Shown here in pieces: positions 1 to 5,733 of a stretch of DNA of 36,772 nt. Under the pieces are notes generated by a model that saw nothing but the letters and a program-made list of their open reading frames with translations, was not told the DNA's origin and did no database searches. How positions within the stretch are numbered: position 1 is the stretch's first letter; every line of letters begins with the position of its first letter. Made by a program: the position numbers and the translations under genes. This DNA comes from a virus (lineage: Duplodnaviria; Caudoviricetes), in IMG/VR virus record IMGVR_UViG_3300025389_000049, positions 1 through 36,772 of that record; one strand, written 5' to 3'.

Positions 1-72
1 ACGCATTTTTTTTTTGATATCTCTAGTATATTTATGGTATTATACAGAACATTTGTAATATAATCAATCGTC

Positions 73-128
73 TTGATTTATATCAGTAGAAACACTAATA
101 TGCTAAATACTCAGTAGAAACACTGAGT
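73..128 (+). promoter_or_regulatory. Control region of micro-ORF cassette: sigma70-like promoter, TAAATA core, 14-bp direct repeat
   Basis: TTGATT(73-78)-N17-TAATAT(96-101); TAAATA 104-109; TCAGTAGAAACACT at 83-96 and 111-124. Confidence 0.5.
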
Positions 129-159
129 TTCATTTACACACACTTAAAGGAGACACAAA

Positions 160-318
160 ATGTCAAAAATCATTCAAGGACTCAAAAAGTTCTTTAAACA
201 AAGCCAAATGAGCGGCTTAGAAGCTTATATCGTCAGTCACAAACCACAAAACGCCGCAGACGTAGATCGTTTACAGCGTGAATACACACAGAAATTTGTA
301 TGGGGCCGTGGACTATGA
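160..318 (+). CDS. 52-aa hypothetical protein (MSKIIQG...LEAYIVSHKPQNAADVDRLQREY), paralog of 33369-33524
   Basis: Hand-translated; AAAGGAG RBS; LE.YI.S..PQ.AADV..L.RE motif shared with second copy. Confidence 0.85.
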   Translation: MSKIIQGLKKFFKQSQMSGLEAYIVSHKPQNAADVDRLQREYTQKFVWGRGL

Positions 319-416
319 AAACTATCCAACAATTTTTTGTTGATTTTTACGAAATCATCAAAGCAGTTCAGTCTGCTCGTGCTGAAGCTGTGCTCAAAGG
401 ACAGCATTGGATATGA
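315..416 (+). CDS. 33-aa micro-protein (MKTIQQFFVDFYEIIKAVQ...)
   Basis: ATGA overlaps at both ends. Confidence 0.65.
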   Translation: MKTIQQFFVDFYEIIKAVQSARAEAVLKGQHWI

Positions 417-511
417 TTAGAACGCTTGAACAATTTGAAGCCAAATACGGACAGCAAATTGCTGTAGTAGCCATTGTTGCTATTGTTACCTATTTGTTAA
501 TAGCGCAATGA
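413..511 (+). CDS. 32-aa single-TM micro-protein
   Basis: ATGA overlaps; hydrophobic IAVVAIVAIVTYLLIA. Confidence 0.65.
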   Translation: MIRTLEQFEAKYGQQIAVVAIVAIVTYLLIAQ

Positions 512-585
512 ATACATGGCAACCAATGACCGACGAAGATGTCGATTGGGTAAACAACCCAACTAAACAGCCCACTAAGGCATAA
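508..585 (+). CDS. 25-aa micro-protein (MNTWQPMTDEDVDWVNNPTKQPTKA), paralog of 33193-33288
   Basis: ATGA overlap; W.P.TDE......NNP.KQ motif shared with second copy. Confidence 0.75.
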   Translation: MNTWQPMTDEDVDWVNNPTKQPTKA

Positions 586-634
586 TTGTGCGCCGCCAGG
601 CGCACTAAATACATACACACAGGAGGTCTTATAG

Positions 635-1051
635 ATGACTACAAAATTTTCACACGTCAAAGGTTCTGAAGCCGAATTCAAAGGAGGCGGCTTGAGAGAT
701 TTTTTCTTGTATAAAGATCTAGGAGTAGCAGATGCTACTAACGGGCGTGTCCTAGCACACATTACCAAAGCTAACTTACCTCCGGAAAATTCGGGCGGTA
801 CAGGCTGGCACATTCACGTAGCTGAGTTCCAAATCGTTTATATGTTAAAAGGTTGGGCTAAGTTTATGTATGAGGACAAAATCCACTTAGTTGAAGCAGG
901 CGATTGCGTACAGCAACGTCCAGGCATTGTACACTATTTGTACGACTATAGCCCTGACATGGAGTATTTGGAAATCATTACACCGGCGGACTACGGAACG
1001 GAGCCGGCAGACGGGCCTTGTGAAATACCACCGCCAAGTGCTTGGGAATAA
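635..1051 (+). CDS. Cupin-domain protein
   Basis: GWHIH..EFQIVYMLKG and GD..QQRPGIVH cupin motifs; AGGAGG RBS; TAAATA at 606-611. Confidence 0.85.
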   Translation: MTTKFSHVKGSEAEFKGGGLRDFFLYKDLGVADATNGRVLAHITKANLPPENSGGTGWHIHVAEFQIVYMLKGWAKFMYEDKIHLVEAGDCVQQRPGIVHYLYDYSPDMEYLEIITPADYGTEPADGPCEIPPPSAWE

Positions 1052-1054
1052 TCA

Positions 1055-1630
1055 ATGACACTAGTTTACATTCATGGTGCCAGTGCCACAAGTGAAAGTT
1101 TCAACTTTCTTAGAAGTAAACTGGGCAAGGGCATAGACATCAACTATGACAGCCGTAATGGGTTTGAAAATAATCTAGCAGAAATCATAGCCCAATTGAA
1201 AGATGTTGAAGACATGGCATTTATAGCACACAGCTTGGGCGGTATTTACGCACTACATGTGGCCAATGCCATGCCTGACCAAGTCGTAGGTGCTGTTACA
1301 TTGAGCACACCTTATGGTGGTGCTGAAGTAGCAGACTATGCCAAATACTTTTTGCCTTTCAGCAGATTGATGCGTGATATTGGCCCCAACTCGTGGGCTT
1401 TCAAACAAGCAGATAAGATTAAAATCCAACATCCATGGACCAACATAGTCACAGTCAAAGGGCAAAGTGCGTTCATGCTGGCACACAATGATGGAGTTGT
1501 AACAGTGGCTAGCCAAAAGCATCATGCGGACATGGAACTGTTAGAAGTAGACTACAATCACTATGAAGTTGTACTAGCAGAACCCGTAGTTAAGATCATC
1601 AAGGAAAGAGTAAAGAAGTTTAAAAAATAG
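1055..1630 (+). CDS. Alpha/beta-fold hydrolase (lipase/esterase-like)
   Basis: IHG oxyanion region, AHSLGG nucleophile elbow, TPYGG, NDGVV, C-terminal His; ends in TAG. Confidence 0.85.
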   Translation: MTLVYIHGASATSESFNFLRSKLGKGIDINYDSRNGFENNLAEIIAQLKDVEDMAFIAHSLGGIYALHVANAMPDQVVGAVTLSTPYGGAEVADYAKYFLPFSRLMRDIGPNSWAFKQADKIKIQHPWTNIVTVKGQSAFMLAHNDGVVTVASQKHHADMELLEVDYNHYEVVLAEPVVKIIKERVKKFKK

Positions 1631-1640
1631 TTCATTCAGC

Positions 1641-1674
1641 TTTACTAACAGTTTTGTATACTGTATAATAAATA
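1641..1674 (+). promoter_or_regulatory. sigma70-like promoter with overlapping TAAATA core
   Basis: TTTACT-N17-TATAAT(1664-1669); TAAATA 1669-1674. Confidence 0.6.
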
Positions 1675-1726
1675 CTAGACAGCAATAGTGCTGTTACACA
1701 CAAACATAAACACACAGGAGAAAAAT

Positions 1727-1942
1727 ATGTTTAATATTGAATCAATCATCGACGCCGTTAAAGGTGCTCAAACATCTTTCGTAGAGACCTACGTTACAGA
1801 TAAAACCACACAAAAGAATCTAGTCAAGTTGCTTGACTCACAGGCCTCTTTTGCCAAGACCACTTATAAGAACAGCGTAGAGCTAGCTGAAACTGCTGTT
1901 AAGAATTTCAACGAAATCATCTACTCTAAAAAGGCAGCTTAA
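1727..1942 (+). CDS. 71-aa phasin-like amphipathic helical protein, paralog of 33528-33800
   Basis: Start moved to ATG after CACACAGGAG RBS; shared IDAV and D.Q....K motifs; phasin call from size and composition only. Confidence 0.6.
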   Translation: MFNIESIIDAVKGAQTSFVETYVTDKTTQKNLVKLLDSQASFAKTTYKNSVELAETAVKNFNEIIYSKKAA

Positions 1943-1944
1943 TC

Positions 1945-2211
1945 ATGACAATCGAAACACCAAAAATGCCAGAAGTTAAGTTTAGCAAGAACGGATATGA
2001 AATCCGTACAGACGTGTTAGCCATGGCCAAAGACGCTGTTATGGACGAATATCATATGAAGTTCAAAGGCTGGGAAATGTCAGTTGCTCGTGATGAGAAA
2101 ACTGGACAAGTTGTCAGCACAGTAGCCATGCCAGAGTTTCCAGGTTTGGAAAAGATCATGGAAGCCGCTGAAAAGTTCTATGGGTTCGTAAATACGGGCA
2201 CAAAGAAGTAA
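1945..2211 (+). CDS. Conserved hypothetical protein (KNGYEIR family), paralog of 32817-33098
   Basis: Extensive identity with second copy (PEVKF.KNGYEIR.D.LAMAKD...RDEKTGQ...MPEFPGLEK). Confidence 0.9.
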   Translation: MTIETPKMPEVKFSKNGYEIRTDVLAMAKDAVMDEYHMKFKGWEMSVARDEKTGQVVSTVAMPEFPGLEKIMEAAEKFYGFVNTGTKK

Positions 2212-2249
2212 TCTAGCATAGCTATTTCGCAGAAGTGCGTGACACTACT

Positions 2250-2278
2250 CAAAAGGCCTTGACGGGCCTTTTGTTTTA
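2250..2278 (+). terminator. Rho-independent terminator
   Basis: CAAAAGGCC-ttgacg-GGCCTTTTG followed by T-rich tract. Confidence 0.75.
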
Positions 2279-2288
2279 GCTATATAAT
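2259..2288 (+). promoter_or_regulatory. sigma70-like promoter for the tRNA unit
   Basis: TTGACG-N18-TATAAT, ending 8 nt before the tRNA 5' end. Confidence 0.65.
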
Positions 2289-2296
2289 ATACACAT

Positions 2297-2371
2297 GCGC
2301 CTAAGGCTAAATGGTATAGCAAGGGTCTCTAAAGCCCGAGACAGCAGGTTCGATTCCTGTTAGGCGCACCA
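2297..2371 (+). tRNA. Amber suppressor tRNA, anticodon CUA
   Basis: Acceptor GCGCCTA/TAGGCGC, D stem GCTA/TAGC, anticodon stem (A)GGGT/GCCC(G) with loop CT-CTA-AA, T arm GCAGG-TTCGATT-CCTGT, A73 and encoded CCA. Confidence 0.85.
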
Positions 2372-2386
2372 TTTAAGGAAATTACT

Positions 2387-2530
2387 ATGTTTATCGGATT
2401 AATGGGTGTGGCCAGCGACGGTACGCTGTATACACCAAGCGGTAATAAAATTTGCAAAGTGCCTCAATGGGCGGTATGGCGCATTCAAAGAGCCCAGCAT
2501 TGGGTAGCCCAACTAACTTGGAGAAATTAA
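2387..2530 (+). CDS. 47-aa hypothetical protein (MFIGLMGVASDGTLYTPSGNKICKVPQW...)
   Basis: Hand-translated; AAGGA RBS; fills the gap after the tRNA. Confidence 0.7.
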   Translation: MFIGLMGVASDGTLYTPSGNKICKVPQWAVWRIQRAQHWVAQLTWRN

Positions 2531-2532
2531 AA

Positions 2533-3126
2533 ATGACACAATAGATCGAATATGCTTGTAAAGACCTAGTCTTCCACTTTAACAAGAAACATTTAGAAGA
2601 CGAGACCATTCCAATGTGGGTCATTAAAACACATGGAGAATCCTTTTACGTTAACCACGTAACAAGTCAGCTTAACTGGACAACTAAAGAAACTCCAGAC
2701 AACGAGCGCACCAAAGGCAGCATCAAGTTCAAAGAATGCCTACTAACCATAGATCCAGATAATAACGCAACTATCAGCACATTATCATTGTTTGATAAAG
2801 TACGACTTCGTAATCAAAAGCTGGGCATAACTCGCATTATGTTTACTGGCTATCAATTTGAAAAGGTATTAGCTGAACGTGGTATCAAACACAGTCCATT
2901 CAAACGTGTACACGGTGCTTGTAGTACTGCTTATACTGTTTGTGACTTACTGAACAAACGTCAGTTACCATTCTTACAAATTGAGTTCCCTGGCATGTTC
3001 CGTGTGCTAATGCCAAATGAACCTCAGTACAAGGCCTATGACGACAAGAAGCTTTGGACAGAGTTGCAGAACGAATATGATTTGGAAGAATATCCAGAGG
3101 ATGATGACGAAGAAGATGTCAACTAA
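2533..3126 (+). CDS. Hypothetical protein with in-frame amber codon at position 4 (MTQ*IEYACKDLVFHFNKKHLEDETIPMWV...)
   Basis: GGAG RBS before ATG 2533; TAG 2542-2544; frame open and continuous with track ORF 2614-3126, whose ATG has no clear RBS. Confidence 0.8.
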
Positions 3127-3150
3127 ACTAGTTCCTTAGGCGTTGTATAT
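3118..3150 (+). promoter_or_regulatory. Bipartite motif GTCAAC-N17-CGTTGTATAT (ECF-sigma-like promoter), copy 1
   Basis: Same boxes and spacing at 34326-34358 upstream of the paralogous locus. Confidence 0.6.
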
Positions 3151-3172
3151 GTATATGCCTAAGGAGGCTTAT

Positions 3173-3334
3173 ATGTTAATGAGGACTAGGAATGAAACGG
3201 ATTGCTTTAGCAGTAGTTATAGCTTTGATGATAAACCTGGAAAATACGAGCGCGAATACACTTATTCCTGCCGTTGCCCAGATTCGTCATGCGACCAAAA
3301 GCGTTCAACTGCATGGCGCAAAACCAAAAATTAG
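3173..3334 (+). CDS. Possible 53-aa overlapping ORF (MLMRTRNETDC...)
   Basis: Perfect AAGGAGG RBS 5 nt upstream; overlaps 3192-3536 in another frame; ends in TAG. Confidence 0.35.
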   Translation: MLMRTRNETDCFSSSYSFDDKPGKYEREYTYSCRCPDSSCDQKRSTAWRKTKN

Positions 3335-3536
3335 ATTGAAGAGCACCTTAGTAACACTACCACTAACACCTGAAGAAGTCATAGTGGATGACGATATAGT
3401 TTTTGGCCGTAATCGTAACAAGATTGAAATAGTTACTGAGAAGGAAGAAGAACTCTCAGACTATGTTAAGATACGTTTGATGCTTGCACGTATGAAAGCC
3501 ATGAAGGCTTATTCAATGGCTTCTTTATCAAAATAA
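3192..3536 (+). CDS. Hypothetical protein with signal-peptide-like N-terminus; C-terminal domain paralogous to 33890-34177
   Basis: MKRIALAVVIAL; LSDYVKIRLMLAR vs ISDYAKFRLFLAR. Confidence 0.75.
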   Translation: MKRIALAVVIALMINLENTSANTLIPAVAQIRHATKSVQLHGAKPKIRLKSTLVTLPLTPEEVIVDDDIVFGRNRNKIEIVTEKEEELSDYVKIRLMLARMKAMKAYSMASLSK

Positions 3537-3919
3537 TCAGGATGCTTTTTGCCCCAGTTGCGCATGATAACTGCGGCTTCTGCATTGGCTTCATTTTCCT
3601 GTGGGCTACCTGTGGCGCCAGCATCTTCGTCATCTAACTCATCGTTCAAGTCTTGTTTGAAATGTACCAATTCGTGTGCTAGTGTACGGCACACATCCAT
3701 GATGTGGCGATTTTTAACTGTGATAGTAATATGTTCTGCACCAGGCATATAGCCGCCAAAGCTCTTGCGTTCTACACTGCCTTTGTTATCAAACACAAAA
3801 TCAAATTTGGGCAAACTATCTAATTCAAGATGTTCGGCGGCAAACTTTACAAAGTCGTGTAGGATCTTGTAAGTATCTTTCTTTTGTAGGCCTTCCGTGA
3901 GTATTTCTGTTACTTTCAT
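3509..3919 (-). CDS. Zincin-like metallopeptidase (HExxH), probable capsid-packaged protein
   Basis: RTLAHELVH...ENEANAEA; MKVTEILTE leader; TAAATA 5 nt upstream. Confidence 0.7.
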   Translation of the reverse strand: MKVTEILTEGLQKKDTYKILHDFVKFAAEHLELDSLPKFDFVFDNKGSVERKSFGGYMPGAEHITITVKNRHIMDVCRTLAHELVHFKQDLNDELDDEDAGATGSPQENEANAEAAVIMRNWGKKHPDYFDKEAIE

Positions 3920-3923
3920 ACAG

Positions 3924-5732
3924 TTATTTATCAGCAGTTAGGCTAGCTACTATAGCTTCTAGTTTTTCTACTTTGTCCAGCAGGTGTTTGATAACTTCGT
4001 GATGATATGGAATAGCTTCCATATAATTTAGGGTCAATTGTGCCTTATCTGGGCTTGTGAACCCATCAGCATCAGTTGATCCTTCTACACGATCATTTGG
4101 CACAGGAACAACCATATGATCAAACCCAGCTTTGTATACACCTTGAGCACTAAAACCTGATTTTAATCCTTCGTCGCCAAATCCTGGCTTCCAAGTATAC
4201 AAGATACCATCTACGGCTCGAACAAACTGCAAGGCTTTATCTAAAGGAATAGTTCCCTGTATGTTTTTTAATCGTTCGTCTGAAGGAACGTCAATTTCGT
4301 TACTTTGAATACGTCCACTACAATATAACGAAAAGCCAACAGTACCTGTTGATCCGCCACTGCCAATACTACCTGCGCCACCGCCGCTCAAGTATCCGTA
4401 AGAGCCGCTGATATTGTAAGAGTTTGACGAGTTAATACTAACATAGGCAGTTTGGCTACCCCCACCAATCAACATTTGTTTGTTGACTGTTACGTTGGTA
4501 TTATTTAAAACCAATAACTCATTAAAACTACTGCTGGATCTAAATTTGAATGTTCCGTTAGGAGTACTGCCAGTGCTAACGTCAAAGTACATAGTGCTGG
4601 CCACTGTACTTGTATCACGTACAGCCATATTGGCCGCTGTACCTGCTGTGCCAGAATCCAACTGTAGTGCTACGCCGCTGACAAGATTGGAACCTGATGA
4701 TATAAATGCTGTGGCCGCACCGCCTGCGCCATAACTCTTTACAGCACCCTGTACGTTTAAGCCACCGCCAGTAATACCACTTGGCATCTGTGTATTGATG
4801 TTTACTGCGGAACCGTCATTAGCATTAATCCAAACGCTACCAGTTTTACTAGTAAGGTGATAGTTACCATCGTCATAGATGTAACTGTTGCTGTTCATTG
4901 CTATACCATTGTTAGTCGGTATACCATTGCTAACACCTGTTGCGGTATTGATAGCAACAAATCCAGTATCAGTAATAGAAAGTATAGTAGCATTGTAAGC
5001 ACTATTCAATATTTCCAATGTGCCAGTACTGTTCAAACGCATAGTCTTACTACCGTTAGTAACACCGCTGGTAGTGTTGGTTATTTTGAAGAAGTCAAAG
5101 TATCCAGTACCGCCTACGCTATCTTTACCTGTGGCTAGTATTGCAACACCTGTTCTTGTAGCAGGAGTATAAGTTACAGTCACTGGCGTTGCTGAACTGT
5201 TAGTAATTGCTAAACTTGTTAGTGTACCTAAACTGGTTAAACTACTTGAAACCACAGTTGAGTTTAATGTAGTACCTGCTAATGATCCAGCATTAGCTGT
5301 AATAACTCCACTGCTGATTGTAATACTTGTGCCGTCTGGTTTAACTAAACCAAGTGCGCTAGTAGTTGCTGTTGGTACACTAATAACGCCGCCACTACTA
5401 ATTGTAATTGTAGTTCCGTCTGGTTGTACGCCGCCTACGTTACTTGTAGTTGCTGTGCCTTGATACGCTGTTAATTGTATACTACCATCCGGCCAACTCA
5501 TCCAACTAGCCGCTGATCCTAAACCTGTTGCTGTCTTGAATGCCCAAGTTTGATTGCCAGCAGGAATGTACGGTGTACCGGTAATACTAAATGTTGTTCC
5601 GCCTGCGCTACTTGTATTAGCTATGGAACTAGCACTAGTTGAACTGACTGCTAGAGCTGTAACTACTTGGCCACTAGTATTAATAGCAAGGGTTTCGTTT
5701 ACAGTTAAAGAATCTTTTATTTGGAAAGTCAT
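3924..5732 (-). CDS. Tail fibre/spike protein with C-terminal intramolecular chaperone (peptidase S74-like)
   Basis: S/T/G-rich body; SDERLKNI...GFSAQ...LNY and terminal coiled coil. Confidence 0.85.
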   Translation of the reverse strand: MTFQIKDSLTVNETLAINTSGQVVTALAVSSTSASSIANTSSAGGTTFSITGTPYIPAGNQTWAFKTATGLGSAASWMSWPDGSIQLTAYQGTATTSNVGGVQPDGTTITISSGGVISVPTATTSALGLVKPDGTSITISSGVITANAGSLAGTTLNSTVVSSSLTSLGTLTSLAITNSSATPVTVTYTPATRTGVAILATGKDSVGGTGYFDFFKITNTTSGVTNGSKTMRLNSTGTLEILNSAYNATILSITDTGFVAINTATGVSNGIPTNNGIAMNSNSYIYDDGNYHLTSKTGSVWINANDGSAVNINTQMPSGITGGGLNVQGAVKSYGAGGAATAFISSGSNLVSGVALQLDSGTAGTAANMAVRDTSTVASTMYFDVSTGSTPNGTFKFRSSSSFNELLVLNNTNVTVNKQMLIGGGSQTAYVSINSSNSYNISGSYGYLSGGGAGSIGSGGSTGTVGFSLYCSGRIQSNEIDVPSDERLKNIQGTIPLDKALQFVRAVDGILYTWKPGFGDEGLKSGFSAQGVYKAGFDHMVVPVPNDRVEGSTDADGFTSPDKAQLTLNYMEAIPYHHEVIKHLLDKVEKLEAIVASLTADK

Positions 5733-5733
5733 A

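Noticed and set aside
1-34. Minus-strand gene start at 6 with T10 tract and TAAATA at 29-34
   Set aside because: Only two codons are inside the window; cannot be supported or assessed for phase variation
2297-2371. tRNA-Arg(UCU) reading
   Set aside because: Centring TCT breaks the anticodon stem and puts C at position 33; the GGGT/GCCC stem centres CTA with U33 and A37
2614-3126. Track start at MWV (2614)
   Set aside because: No clear RBS; a better RBS and ATG lie in frame at 2533
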